Shown: piece after piece, positions 1 through 9,732 of the stretch | Layout: the number at the start of each line of letters is the position of its first letter | Numbering within the stretch: the first letter of the stretch is position 1 | Source: Cyclobacteriaceae bacterium | GTDB taxonomy: Bacteria; Bacteroidota; Bacteroidia; Cytophagales; Cyclobacteriaceae | DNA length: 64,000 nucleotides | Direction of reading: 5' to 3' | Assembly (NCBI GenBank): GCA_019638235.1 | Contig: JAHBUE010000001.1 | Location: 604,492-668,491, forward strand | The notes under the pieces: generated by a model | Database searches by the model: none | The model's input: the letters and a program-made list of their open reading frames with translations, nothing else | What the model was told of the DNA's origin: nothing | Program-made: the position numbers and the translations under genes

Positions 1-519
1 CGGGATACGGTGCCCGGCACTAAGGGTGCTCGTAAGGGACTGATGTTAAGCGGGAATAACCGCAACCATGACCTGTTTATGTTTGTGCGCAACAAACTTA
101 CCGGGCTGAAACCGAACACAACGTATCGGGTACTCTTCAATGTGCGCTTTGCCTCCAAAGAAAATACAAGCGCTATTGGCGCGTCAAAGACACCAGGCGA
201 AATTGTTTTTGTTAAGGCAGGCGCCATGCGCGAGCGGCCCGAGAAAATTTTAGAAGAAGGCATGTATCGTATGAATGTTGATGTGGGCAGCCTGGCATTA
301 GCCGGTAACGATGTACTGACCTTGGGCCATATTGGCGTAGCTACAACCACAACAGCCTTTACAGAAGTTTACCGAAACAACAATTCGTCAAATTCGTTTT
401 TGATTACCACTAACCATGTTGGCGAGGTGTGGGTACTGGTGGGCACTGATTCCGGTTATGAGGGTGTTACCACGATTTACTACACCGCTATTGATATCTT
501 TTTTAACGAGGTGGAGTAG
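1..519 (+). CDS. hypothetical protein, C-terminal part (reading frame is open to the left window edge)
   Basis: Frame 1 is open from base 1 to the TAG at 517-519. The listed start at 10 is a GTG with nothing marking it as real. I recognise no motif. Confidence 0.45.
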   Translation, partial: RDTVPGTKGARKGLMLSGNNRNHDLFMFVRNKLTGLKPNTTYRVLFNVRFASKENTSAIGASKTPGEIVFVKAGAMRERPEKILEEGMYRMNVDVGSLALAGNDVLTLGHIGVATTTTAFTEVYRNNNSSNSFLITTNHVGEVWVLVGTDSGYEGVTTIYYTAIDIFFNEVE

Positions 520-931
520 TTTTTTTCTTTTTTGGTGTTGGGATTTTTCCAATGCGTTGGTCGCCTTTTCTGATTAGTTCACAAATTTTTGAAATGCTTT
601 CTTCAAAATCGGCAGCATCGGGTGAAAGGTTCTGCCAACGTGTTTCTTTGGAACCTAACAATTGAACGGAGCGCAGCGATGGAAATTCTTTTTTGATTTC
701 GGTTAAATGTTCAGCATGTAAGCAAACCCAAACGCCATTGTCTTCGGGATGCTGAGGCTTGTTGCGGGTTATCAACACTATTTTTTCGCCAACGTATAAG
801 GCATGACAACCAAACATAGGTTTTATGACTGGCTCTATTGGGAGCAGTAATTCCAGCACAAAACTGAAGGCTATTGGATTTCTTTTCTCTTTTGAAACAT
901 TAGTCATAACTAAGCGTCCAATGCCTTCCAA
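503..931 (-). CDS. hypothetical protein (weak TfoX-N/YjbR-like resemblance only)
   Basis: 142 aa ORF with normal composition and a lysine-rich tail. The segment PMFGCHALYVGEKIVL loosely resembles the TfoX N-terminal MFGG..LY pattern. It overlaps the upstream ORF convergently by 17 nt. Confidence 0.45.
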   Translation of the reverse strand: MEGIGRLVMTNVSKEKRNPIAFSFVLELLLPIEPVIKPMFGCHALYVGEKIVLITRNKPQHPEDNGVWVCLHAEHLTEIKKEFPSLRSVQLLGSKETRWQNLSPDAADFEESISKICELIRKGDQRIGKIPTPKKKKTTPPR

Positions 932-935
932 CTTT

Positions 936-1520
936 TTACTCCCTCACCCATGTAACTTTTTCTTCTATTGGTTTGCGCCTGCTGGTGCGGCTTGAAGATT
1001 TCGGCACGCCAACATGCAGAAAGCCGATTATCCTGTCGTCATCAGTTAACCCGAATGCCTTTCTTGCTTCTGCAAAATACGTAATACCGCCTGTGCTAAG
1101 GTAACAGCCAACGTTATGCGCAGTGGCTGTGAGGTACATATTCTGCACGGCACAAAATACAGCGCCCGCTTCTTCAATTTCGGGCACCGATTTTTTCTCA
1201 TCGCGTTTCATATACACCAAAATAATGTGCGATGACTCGAAGGGCTTGGTTAGTAAATTCTGGTAACGCTCTTCTTTAAAGGTATCATCGTGTTGCGTTA
1301 CGTTTTTATACACTTCGGCTTGCAGCGCGGCTAATTTTTTCCGGCCTTCGCCACTGTAAACAACAAAGCGCCAGGGTTCAGTGAATTTATGTGTGGGCGC
1401 CCAGTTTGCGTTTTCCAACATTTCAGTAATGATGGCGTCATCAACAGGCTCACCGGTATATTCTTTCGGAAATACTGAACGCCTGGTTTGAATGAGTGTG
1501 CGTACGTCTTGTGGTGTCAT
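936..1520 (-). CDS. nitroreductase family protein
   Basis: 194 aa. N-terminus is RRSVFPKEYTGEPVDD..ANWAPTHKFTEPWRF, and length is typical of NAD(P)H nitroreductases. Confidence 0.85.
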   Translation of the reverse strand: MTPQDVRTLIQTRRSVFPKEYTGEPVDDAIITEMLENANWAPTHKFTEPWRFVVYSGEGRKKLAALQAEVYKNVTQHDDTFKEERYQNLLTKPFESSHIILVYMKRDEKKSVPEIEEAGAVFCAVQNMYLTATAHNVGCYLSTGGITYFAEARKAFGLTDDDRIIGFLHVGVPKSSSRTSRRKPIEEKVTWVRE

Positions 1521-1545
1521 AATTCAGGAGGTGTAAAAATTCTGG

Positions 1546-2664
1546 TTATTTCGGAAACTGACTTTTATCTATTCGTGGTAGCAGTGTTAGCGCATTTTTA
1601 TAGTAGATTTTTTTCAGAACCTCATCGGGCAACTCCATGCCATACATGCGCCAAAAGGCGTGATAGCGTTTGTGATAAGGAAAGTACTCATCGGCTGTTT
1701 CGAGTACACGAAAATAGGTAGTGTATTCTTCCGGCACCCACGAGTCTTTTCCGAACAGCACCCTGTCCTGGTATTTAATCATAAAGTTGCGGGCTGTGCG
1801 TGGCTGCCGGCCCAACTCGGCAATCACTGCGCCTATTTCAACATACATGTTCGGCATGGCATCCAGCAGTTCGCTTAATTTTTTTAAATCGTTCGGGTAC
1901 CACCCCATGTGCGCGTTAATAAATTTTGTTTTTGGATGTTTCTTAAACACGTTGTGTTGCTCCTGGATTAATTGTTCCCAGGGCGCAGGGTCGGTGGCGG
2001 AACGTTGACGCCTCGGATGGGTTTTCAGTTCAAGCCATCGCTCATTTTTTTCATCCCTTGCATCCCAAAAAGATTTTGGGTCGGCTGTGTGTATTAAAAC
2101 AGGAATTTTCAGTTCGCCACACTTTGCCCAGATGGGGTCAATGCGCGGGTCATCAACCGCAATGCGCTTGCCTTTGCTGTCGAGGTTGTTCATGCCTAAG
2201 CTTTTATAAATCTTCAATCCCATAGCACCACGCTTAACGTCATCTTCCAATTGTTTCAGCGTTCGTGCCTGCCACTGCGGATTATCAATATCCGTAAAAT
2301 CAATATTAGTGAAGAGCGCAAAGCGTTTTGGATGAAACCGGGTAATGGTGTCCATTGACCGCTCAAGGTGGTCGCCACTGCCGCGAAACCCTCTGCCGCT
2401 AAGGTTAATCATCACGCCCATATTCAGCTTGTCCATTTCGTCAACTAATTTGGTAAGTGTTCCGGGCGAGGTCATGTACGCCTGGTGGTTATGAATGTCG
2501 ATGAATGGAAATTTGGCACGAGTAACTTTATTCTCCGACACCACGAGGGTAGAGGGCGGGTCGTAAGCTTCAAAATCCATTTGTTGTTCGGGCGGTTTTT
2601 CCTGGGCAGCCAGGAAGAAGGGCATGAATAATAGACCAATTACAATTTTGCAGAACTTGTTCAT
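1546..2664 (-). CDS. amidohydrolase family protein, secreted
   Basis: 372 aa with an N-terminal signal peptide (MNKFCKIVIGLLFMPFFLAAQ). Contains the DIHNH metal-binding motif near the N-terminus of the barrel and later H/D residues typical of amidohydrolase_2. Confidence 0.8.
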   Translation of the reverse strand: MNKFCKIVIGLLFMPFFLAAQEKPPEQQMDFEAYDPPSTLVVSENKVTRAKFPFIDIHNHQAYMTSPGTLTKLVDEMDKLNMGVMINLSGRGFRGSGDHLERSMDTITRFHPKRFALFTNIDFTDIDNPQWQARTLKQLEDDVKRGAMGLKIYKSLGMNNLDSKGKRIAVDDPRIDPIWAKCGELKIPVLIHTADPKSFWDARDEKNERWLELKTHPRRQRSATDPAPWEQLIQEQHNVFKKHPKTKFINAHMGWYPNDLKKLSELLDAMPNMYVEIGAVIAELGRQPRTARNFMIKYQDRVLFGKDSWVPEEYTTYFRVLETADEYFPYHKRYHAFWRMYGMELPDEVLKKIYYKNALTLLPRIDKSQFPK

Positions 2665-2823
2665 GTAAGTGAAATTTTAACGAAAATACGCATCCTGTGG
2701 CAGTTGTTTTTCAAAAATGTGAGCATCGGTTTATAGTCATGAAATTAAATTCCCGGTGTTATGCCTCATCCCGTTTTCTTTTATTGGTCACGAAAATCTG
2801 AATCTGTGCACTCATCCAACTCC

Positions 2824-2938
2824 TGTTTGGCCTCACCCATTCGCTGTCCTGCTTGCTGAAAACCCGAATCGTCCTCTCCAGCGGAGAGGGCAGCACGGCC
2901 TTTGCTATGGCAGTCACTTAGATGGGTGAGGCCAAACA
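2824..2938. repeat. nested palindromic element: 17 bp perfect outer inverted repeat enclosing a CCTCTCC-AGC-GGAGAGG hairpin
   Basis: TGTTTGGCCTCACCCAT (2824-2840) is the exact reverse complement of ATGGGTGAGGCCAAACA (2922-2938). The inner hairpin is 2873-2889. It lies in a 434 bp intergenic gap. Confidence 0.7.
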
Positions 2939-3098
2939 TAGGCTAATTGCCTCCCGCTTCTTGCGCACACACCTGAACTTGAAAAATAGAATAACAGACG
3001 TCACTCTAACCAATTGCGTTGTAAATGAATTTGAGGATTAACTTTTGCCAGTCTTTTCACCCCAAATTTTCATAACTTGGCCTCGTTAATCTTTAACT

Positions 3099-4217
3099 AT
3101 GAACAGGAAAATCGCCCCCTGGATGTTGATTGGATTTATTGCAATGGCTCTTACAGGCTTTGCCCAAAATCAACAGCTTGAAAGCGCCAGGAAGAAATTA
3201 GAGGCCAGCGACTTTGCAGGCGCAAAGGCCGAATTAACTAAGGCGTTGGATGCAAATCCTAAAGATAAAATGGCTTTGCGCTTGCGCGGAGAGGCACGCA
3301 TGGGGCTGGAAGATTTTTACGGAGCCATTTCCGACCTCACGTTTGCCCTTGAACTCGACTCAACATTTGCGGAAGCCTATTGGTACAGGGGTGAGGCGAA
3401 AGTTGCCTTAATGGATGACGAAAGCGCTATCCTCGATTTTGACAAAGCCATTAAGTTTAACCCGAAATATATCAACGCCTATACAAGCCGGGGTTTTGCA
3501 AAGTACAACATAGAAGATTTGGCCGGTGCATATTTTGATTTTTCAAAGGCATTGGAGTTAGGCCCGCCCGATGCCGATAAATTTTTTAACCGGGGTGTTG
3601 TAAAGGCCGAGTTGGGAGAATTTATCAGCGCGATTGATGATTATACCAAAGCCATTGAATTGGATAAAACCGATGCAAGCCTGTTTAACTATCGCGGTGT
3701 TGCGTATTACAACATTGGCGATTTCAACAAGGCCATTGCCGATTATGATGCGGCCGTTAAGTTAGAGCAGAACGACCCGTTGATTTTTGAAAACCGTGCA
3801 TTGGCTAAAAGTGCGAAAGAAGATTTTAAAGGTGCATTGGAAGATTACAACAAGGCTGTTGAGCTGAACCCCGAAGACCCCGAAACCTATAACCTGCGTG
3901 GGGTAATAAAATTTAATATGGAAGATCACGATGGCGCCATTAAGGATTACACGATAGCCATTGAGTTAGACCCAATCAACCCGGTATATTACGATAACCG
4001 TGCGTTGAGCCGCACGGAAAAGGAAGATTACCAGGGAGCGATTGAAGACTACACCTCTTCCATTGAACTCTATCCTTCCGACCCGGAAACATTTTATCAA
4101 CGTGGCTTAGTAAAGTTGCAGGTTGGCAACAAGTATGATGCCTGCCTTGACTTTAAAGCTGCCGATGAGCTTGGCTCACCAGAAGCGAAGGCGGCTATGA
4201 AGAAGAATTGCAAGTAA
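3099..4217 (+). CDS. tetratricopeptide (TPR) repeat protein, secreted
   Basis: 372 aa with a signal peptide, followed by about nine 34-residue repeats carrying A..Y..RG......D...A..D...A..L.P periodicity. Confidence 0.9.
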   Translation: MNRKIAPWMLIGFIAMALTGFAQNQQLESARKKLEASDFAGAKAELTKALDANPKDKMALRLRGEARMGLEDFYGAISDLTFALELDSTFAEAYWYRGEAKVALMDDESAILDFDKAIKFNPKYINAYTSRGFAKYNIEDLAGAYFDFSKALELGPPDADKFFNRGVVKAELGEFISAIDDYTKAIELDKTDASLFNYRGVAYYNIGDFNKAIADYDAAVKLEQNDPLIFENRALAKSAKEDFKGALEDYNKAVELNPEDPETYNLRGVIKFNMEDHDGAIKDYTIAIELDPINPVYYDNRALSRTEKEDYQGAIEDYTSSIELYPSDPETFYQRGLVKLQVGNKYDACLDFKAADELGSPEAKAAMKKNCK

Positions 4218-4224
4218 TAGCAAG

Positions 4225-5145
4225 ATGAGCGATGTGAAGAAAGTCGTCATCATTCTTAACGGCATCTCGTTAAGAAAAAACTATTTCTATTCTAAAATTT
4301 TACCTGCCCTGCAAACCGTTGTACACGTTACCGTTCAGGAAACACGATCAAAAAACGATGCGGTACTGTTGGCGTCAAAGGCTGTAAGCCAATCTTTCGA
4401 TGCCATACTTGCAGCCGGAGGTGACGGCACCCTGAACCAGGTACTCAACGGTGTATTGCACGAGCAGTCGAATAACCTTCCGGTATTGGGCTTGGTTCCG
4501 TTGGGTTCAGGAAATGATTTTGCCCGAACGGTAAACGTTAGAAGCGACATTGAATTTTTGAAAAACCTGTTCACTGATTTCACATTCCGACCGGTTGATG
4601 TTGGGAAGATCAGTTTCCCTGACTCCAAAGAACCCGCGCGGTATTTTATCAACATTGCCGATGTGGGCATGGGGCCTTATGTTGTTCAGCGGTTGCTGAA
4701 CAGCGACCGGCTTTTTGGTTCGCTGGCGGCATATTATGTAGCCATTATAAAAACATTTTTTACCTATCGCCCTTTTGTGTTGAAGATGACCACGCCTTTG
4801 TGGAAATGGTCGGGCATGATACGCTCGGTAGCCATTGCCAACGGAAAATTTTTCGGTAACGGCATTGGTATTGCACCGGTCGCAAAACCCGATGATGGGT
4901 TGTTCTCCTGTTTTATTGCCGGAAAAATTTCGGTGATCGATTTTATTTTACAGAACGGGAGGTTGCGTAAAGGCAAGCGACCCATCCATAATGAAATTCA
5001 ATACCGCGAAACAGATTCCGTTATGCTGGAGGCAGATGAAGCGCAACCCATTGAAGCGGATGGTGAACTGGCAGGCAACCTGCCTGTTCGGATTGAACTA
5101 TTGCCTAAAAAAATCGGGTTTTTGATGCCCGTTGAAGGAAAATAA
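4225..5145 (+). CDS. diacylglycerol/lipid kinase family protein (YegS/BmrU-like)
   Basis: 306 aa with the AAGGDGTLNQV and PLGSGNDFAR motifs of the DAGK catalytic domain. Confidence 0.85.
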   Translation: MSDVKKVVIILNGISLRKNYFYSKILPALQTVVHVTVQETRSKNDAVLLASKAVSQSFDAILAAGGDGTLNQVLNGVLHEQSNNLPVLGLVPLGSGNDFARTVNVRSDIEFLKNLFTDFTFRPVDVGKISFPDSKEPARYFINIADVGMGPYVVQRLLNSDRLFGSLAAYYVAIIKTFFTYRPFVLKMTTPLWKWSGMIRSVAIANGKFFGNGIGIAPVAKPDDGLFSCFIAGKISVIDFILQNGRLRKGKRPIHNEIQYRETDSVMLEADEAQPIEADGELAGNLPVRIELLPKKIGFLMPVEGK

Positions 5146-5148
5146 AAA

Positions 5149-5176
5149 AGGCCACCTTTAAGGCGGCCTCTTTTTA
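5149..5176. terminator. bidirectional rho-independent terminator between convergent genes
   Basis: AGGCCACC-TTTAA-GGCGGCCT stem (7 of 8 pairs), flanked by an A-run upstream and a T-run downstream. Confidence 0.6.
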
Positions 5177-5196
5177 TTCATTAGAAAATGAAACTG

Positions 5197-5577
5197 TTAG
5201 CTTTTTGGCGGGCCAACATATTTGGCATCACCAAAGGCCAACATGGGGTATCCGATAAATGGCAGAATGATAAGTAATATGGTCATCACAATGTCCTTTC
5301 CAAATGCCTTCGATAACAGATAAGCCAGGTAGATGCCCACAAAGAAATTAACGAAAGGAATCAGTAGCAGAATGATCCACCAAACAGGCTTACCGACAAT
5401 CTCTAAAAGGACAATAATGTTGTAAATCGGGATAATGGCTGCCCAACCTGGTTTCCCTGCCTTGGTAAAGATTTTCCACATGCTAACAATGATCAGCAGG
5501 AGGATTGCAAAATACACGAAGCCAAATGCGCCAAGTGCAGCACCGGCTGCACCACTGTCGTAAGAATATTCTTCCAT
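5197..5577 (-). CDS. DUF5684-type small membrane protein
   Basis: 126 aa with 3-4 TM segments. Carries the KAGKPGWAAIIPIYN...GKPVWW signature that I associate with DUF5684. Confidence 0.6.
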   Translation of the reverse strand: MEEYSYDSGAAGAALGAFGFVYFAILLLIIVSMWKIFTKAGKPGWAAIIPIYNIIVLLEIVGKPVWWIILLLIPFVNFFVGIYLAYLLSKAFGKDIVMTILLIILPFIGYPMLAFGDAKYVGPPKS

Positions 5578-5685
5578 AATTATTTGGGTTTTGGTTATAA
5601 AGGTACGTTAAAGATAGTAACCAGAATGATAAGTAAAACACCTCTGATATAAAGTTTTTCAATTAATTTTCGGGTAAGCAATGTT

Positions 5686-6234
5686 ATGAACAGCACGTTT
5701 ACCCCAATTTTCAATCAATTAGAGAAGCAACGGACTGAAATTTTACAATCCGTAAGGCTACTCACCCCTGAAGAATTTAACCGCCCTCCGCAACCGGGCA
5801 AGTGGTCGGTTAGCGAGGTGCTCACGCACCTTATTACAGCCGAAAAACTTTCGTTAGACTACATGAAAAAGAAAGTTAAGGGCATTGCCCGGGTAAAAAA
5901 CTCCGGCCTGATGGAGTCGTTGCGGTTGTGGCTGCTGATTGTTTCGCAGCGCATACCGGTAAAGTATAAAGCGCCAAAAGTTGTAGTGCAGCACACACCG
6001 CCCGCCATGCCGCTCGCCCAACTTACGGACGAATGGAACGAGGTGCGGAAGGAGTTGGCGGCATTTCTTAACAGCATACCGGACGAGTATGTTAAACGGG
6101 TAATTTATAAACACGCCCTGGCCGGGAGGCTTGATGTTCGTCAGGCGATGATTTTCTTTCGGGAACACATCCGGCATCACCAACCACAGATAAACCGCAT
6201 TTTACTTACTGATGTTACGCAAAACAAAAATTAG
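5686..6234 (+). CDS. DinB family protein
   Basis: 182 aa with WSVSEVLTHL near the N-terminus and a REHIRHH histidine triad region near the C-terminus, as in DinB_2 four-helix bundles. Confidence 0.75.
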   Translation: MNSTFTPIFNQLEKQRTEILQSVRLLTPEEFNRPPQPGKWSVSEVLTHLITAEKLSLDYMKKKVKGIARVKNSGLMESLRLWLLIVSQRIPVKYKAPKVVVQHTPPAMPLAQLTDEWNEVRKELAAFLNSIPDEYVKRVIYKHALAGRLDVRQAMIFFREHIRHHQPQINRILLTDVTQNKN

Positions 6235-6237
6235 TAC

Positions 6238-6354
6238 GTCATTGCGAGGGAGGGGACGACCCCTGCCCGTTCGGTCAGGCGGGGAAGCAATCCCGTTTTT
6301 CAGTACGGAAATGGGGATTGCTTCGTCTCGCTTGTTGCGGGACTCGCAATGACG
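6238..6354. repeat. nested palindromic element (GTCATTGCGAG type)
   Basis: CGTCATTGCGAG (6238-6249) pairs with CTCGCAATGACG (6343-6354). The inner stem is GAAGCAATCCC / GGGATTGCTTC. It sits just after the DinB stop. Confidence 0.7.
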
Positions 6355-6456
6355 AGTATAGTTTTGCGTAACACCTCTTAACGTAATCCGGCTAAGTAAA
6401 TTTTGATGTTAATCTCCCGGTAGTTTTCTATCTTTTCACGTTAATCAATCCTCACT

Positions 6457-8985
6457 ATGAAAAAGCTTTTTATACTCTTCTTTCTCGGCTTTGTCGCACA
6501 AGGCTTTGCACAACAATCGTTACTCAAGCCCAACGAATTTTTAGGGTACGAATTAGGTGAACGCTTTACCCGCCATCATCGTGTGGTAGAATATTTTCAA
6601 CACGTTGCCGGTACAATTCCGAATGTTGAATTATACAAGTATGGCGAAACGTATGAATACCGGCCATTGGTTTATGCCGTAATCACCTCACCGGAAAACA
6701 TGCAAAACTTAGAGCAAATCCGGTTAGATAATTTGCGCAGAACAGGAATGGAATCCGGAACACCATCAACTAAAATTCCGATTGTATGGTTGAGTTACAA
6801 CGTGCACGGTAACGAGGCAAGTTCGTTGGAGGCTTGTATGCAAACGCTGTATGAGTTGGCCGATCCGGCTAACGCAACCTCGGAAAACTGGTTAAAAAAT
6901 ACGGTAGTTATTATTGACCCGTGCATCAACCCCGATGGCCGCGACCGGTATGCAAATTTTTATAATTCATTTGGCAATAGCCCTGCAAACCCCAGCCCTG
7001 ATGCCCGCGAACACCGCGAATACTGGCCGGGCGGCAGAAGCAACCATTACTGGTTTGACCTGAACCGCGACTGGGCGTGGCTTACGCAGAAAGAATCGCA
7101 ACAGCGCATTAAAGTATATAACCAATGGTTGCCCCATGTTCATGTCGATTTTCATGAGCAAGGGTATAACAACCCCTATTATTTTGCGCCTGCCGTTGAA
7201 CCTTACCATGAAGTAATTACACCCTGGCAGCGCGAGTTCCAGGGGATAATCGGGAAGAACCACGCAAAATATTTCGACCGGCACGGCTGGCTGTATTTTA
7301 CCAAAGAGGTTTTCGATTTGTATTACCCCAGCTATGGCGACACTTACCCTACCTATAACGGAGCCATCGGCATGACCTACGAACAGGCAGGAGGAGGTTT
7401 TGCCGGCTTGTCTATCACAACACGCGAAGGCGACCCGCTGACATTGGCAGACCGGTTGCTGCATCACCACACTACGGGTATGTCAACGGTAGAGATTACG
7501 TCAATACATGCGCAACGTGTGCTTGATGAGTTTGAGAAATATTTTAGAGAGAGTAACAACAGCCCATCATCGCCTTACAAAACGTATGTTATTAAAGGCG
7601 ATAATCAACAAGATAAAATTCAACGCCTCACAACCTGGATGGACGCGCACAACATTAAATACGGTCATCCGGCTGCCGGAAGAAGTACACGCGGATTTGA
7701 TTTCAGCACACAAACTACGCAAACAGTAAACGTAAGCGCTGATGACATTATCATAAACATATATCAACCCAAGTCGAAGTTTGTTACTACACTGTTTGAA
7801 CCGCAATCCAAACTACCCGACTCGATGACGTATGATATTACCGCCTGGAACCTGATGTACGCCTATGGCCTGAAAGGATTTGCGCTGAACGAGCGCATTA
7901 ATGTGGGCAAGGCATTTCAGCTAAAAGAAGTAACGCAGACGCCCGTTACAACAAAACCGTATGCGTATGTGTTTCGCTACCAGAGTTTGGCAGATGTAAA
8001 ATTTCTGGGCGCATTATTGAACAACGGTGTTAACGTGCGTGCCGCTATGAAACCTTTTAAAGTAAATGGCGAGTCGTTTGATGCCGGTTCGATAATTGTA
8101 ACGCAACGAAACAACGAAAGCATTCCCGATTTCGACCAGCGCATTCAGGCGTTTGCACGCGAACACAAACGCAATTGGTTTGCGGCTACAACAGGTTTTG
8201 TTGATAGCGGTAAAGATTTTGGGTCTGGTTATGTGCGGTATATTAAAGCTCCGCGTATTGCTGCATTAGTAGGCGAGCAAACATCTTCCTTGTCGGCTGG
8301 GGCTACGTGGCATTTCTTTGAACAGGAATTGCAATACCCCATCACACAAATCGGAACAGATTATTTCCGTTCGGTAAATCTTCAAAGTTACGATGTATTG
8401 TTAGTGCCCGAAGGGCGTTACCGGATGTTTGATGAAGAAACAATGAAGTCGGTGCAGGAGTGGGTTTCGCGTGGTGGCAGGTTGATTCTTGTTTCGGGTG
8501 CGCTTAATGCTTTCGCAGATAAGAGCGGCATTGCATTGAAGCGATATGCTACTGATGAAGCAAAGAAGGAAGCCGAGAAGAAAGAAAAGGAAGAACAAGC
8601 AAAAGATGTGTTGCTGCCCTACGATGCTGCCGATAGGAACGCCATCTCGCAAAGTATTTCCGGTGCTATTTATAAAGTTACATTGGATAAATCGCATCCG
8701 TTGGCATTCGGGCTGGGCGACAGCTATTATACATTAAAAACCAACGAACTTCATTTTGCTTACCTGCAACAAGGCTGGAACGTGGGCGTGATAAAAGGTA
8801 AAGCAAAGCCGGTTCAGGGTTTTGCCGGGTATAAAATCAATAAGAAAATGGACAACAGCTTTGTGTTTGGTGTGGAAGATAAAGGCCGGGGAGCTATTGT
8901 ATATTTTGTTGACGACCCGTTGTTCCGCAATTTCTGGGAGAGCGGTAAAATGCTGTTCGCGAATGCGGTGTTTATGATACAGTAA
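6457..8985 (+). CDS. M14 family zinc carboxypeptidase, large secreted form
   Basis: 842 aa with a signal peptide. Contains the YNVHGNEAS zinc-ligand motif, INPDGRD, and a later HEQG. Confidence 0.85.
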   Translation: MKKLFILFFLGFVAQGFAQQSLLKPNEFLGYELGERFTRHHRVVEYFQHVAGTIPNVELYKYGETYEYRPLVYAVITSPENMQNLEQIRLDNLRRTGMESGTPSTKIPIVWLSYNVHGNEASSLEACMQTLYELADPANATSENWLKNTVVIIDPCINPDGRDRYANFYNSFGNSPANPSPDAREHREYWPGGRSNHYWFDLNRDWAWLTQKESQQRIKVYNQWLPHVHVDFHEQGYNNPYYFAPAVEPYHEVITPWQREFQGIIGKNHAKYFDRHGWLYFTKEVFDLYYPSYGDTYPTYNGAIGMTYEQAGGGFAGLSITTREGDPLTLADRLLHHHTTGMSTVEITSIHAQRVLDEFEKYFRESNNSPSSPYKTYVIKGDNQQDKIQRLTTWMDAHNIKYGHPAAGRSTRGFDFSTQTTQTVNVSADDIIINIYQPKSKFVTTLFEPQSKLPDSMTYDITAWNLMYAYGLKGFALNERINVGKAFQLKEVTQTPVTTKPYAYVFRYQSLADVKFLGALLNNGVNVRAAMKPFKVNGESFDAGSIIVTQRNNESIPDFDQRIQAFAREHKRNWFAATTGFVDSGKDFGSGYVRYIKAPRIAALVGEQTSSLSAGATWHFFEQELQYPITQIGTDYFRSVNLQSYDVLLVPEGRYRMFDEETMKSVQEWVSRGGRLILVSGALNAFADKSGIALKRYATDEAKKEAEKKEKEEQAKDVLLPYDAADRNAISQSISGAIYKVTLDKSHPLAFGLGDSYYTLKTNELHFAYLQQGWNVGVIKGKAKPVQGFAGYKINKKMDNSFVFGVEDKGRGAIVYFVDDPLFRNFWESGKMLFANAVFMIQ

Positions 8986-8988
8986 CAC

Positions 8989-9031
8989 CCCCTTTAATTC
9001 CCCCCTGTTAAGGGGGGAATTAGGGAAGGGG
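8989..9031. terminator. strong hairpin between convergent genes (terminator-like)
   Basis: AATTCCCCCC-TGTTAA-GGGGGGAATT is a 10 bp perfect stem, extended by CCCCTT/AAGGGG. There is no clean T-run, so terminator function is inferred from position only. Confidence 0.5.
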
Positions 9032-9040
9032 TATTATTAT

Positions 9041-9538
9041 TTACAGCGCTGCCAATGCAGCATCATAATTTGGCTCCTGGCCAATGGCAGGAACAAGTTC
9101 GGTGTAGGTTACTTTCCCTGATGCGTCAATAACTACTACGGCACGCGCACATAGTCCGGCTAAGGCGCCATCAATTAATTCAACGCCATAGGCAGTAGAA
9201 AAACCACGATTACGGAAATCGGATGCTGTAAGCACTTTGTCTATGCCTTCCGCTCCGCAAAAGCGCTTCATGGCAAAGGGCAGGTCTTTCGATACGCACA
9301 ATACGGTTGTGTTATCCAATGCGGCAGCACGCTTGTTGAACTCACGAACGGAAGTTGCACAAACACCCGTATCGATAGATGGAAAAATATTGAGCACAAT
9401 GTTTTTCCCTGAAAACTCATCAAGGGTTACGTCCTTCAGGTCTGAGCCGGTTAATACAAATTTTGGAGCGGGCGTGCCCGTGTTGGGCAGGTTGCCGGCA
9501 GTGTTTACGGTGTTTTCACCAAGTTTGGTTTGAGCCAT
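9041..9538 (-). CDS. tpx: thiol peroxidase
   Basis: 165 aa that aligns end to end with E. coli Tpx from memory, including [24 protein letters not shown] and ARAVVVID. Confidence 0.95.
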   Translation of the reverse strand: MAQTKLGENTVNTAGNLPNTGTPAPKFVLTGSDLKDVTLDEFSGKNIVLNIFPSIDTGVCATSVREFNKRAAALDNTTVLCVSKDLPFAMKRFCGAEGIDKVLTASDFRNRGFSTAYGVELIDGALAGLCARAVVVIDASGKVTYTELVPAIGQEPNYDAALAAL

Positions 9539-9657
9539 ATTTTTTTATTTTAAGTCTTACCTTCTTAACAAAGTGCAAGTTTATAAAATCCTGCGCTATC
9601 TCAATAACAATTCAACTGAACTTCAGGAATTGAAGTAAAGCTAAAATCTATCATCTT

Positions 9658-9727
9658 TTAACCACAGAGAACATAGTGTTATGCCCTTAGTATGCTCTGT
9701 GAAATTCTTCGTGCCCTCTATGGTTAA
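9658..9727. repeat. AACCACAGAG-type palindromic element, solo copy
   Basis: TTAACCACAGAGAACATAG ... CCCTCTATGGTTAA form imperfect inverted ends, with an internal CTCTGTG. Same family as 12608-12681 and the flanks of the GxxExxY remnant. Confidence 0.6.
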
Positions 9728-9732
9728 GTGAA

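Noticed and set aside
2765-2941. A 58 codon minus-strand ORF (MFGLTHLSDCHSKGRAALSAGEDDSGFQQAGQRMGEAKQELDE...) running through the nested palindrome. There is also a superficial resemblance of CTCC-AGC-GGAGAGGGCAGCA to the SRP RNA domain IV apex.
   Set aside because: The ORF is generated by the inverted repeat itself (GLTH and MGEA are the two arms). The hairpin has a 3 nt loop rather than a GNRA tetraloop and lacks the conserved SRP GGAAGCAGCC context.
8546-8600. Purine-rich low-complexity DNA (GAAGAAAGAAAAGGAAGAACAAGC) that could be taken for a repeat.
   Set aside because: It is in frame within the M14 peptidase gene and encodes a charged KEAEKKEKEEQAK linker. It is not an independent element.
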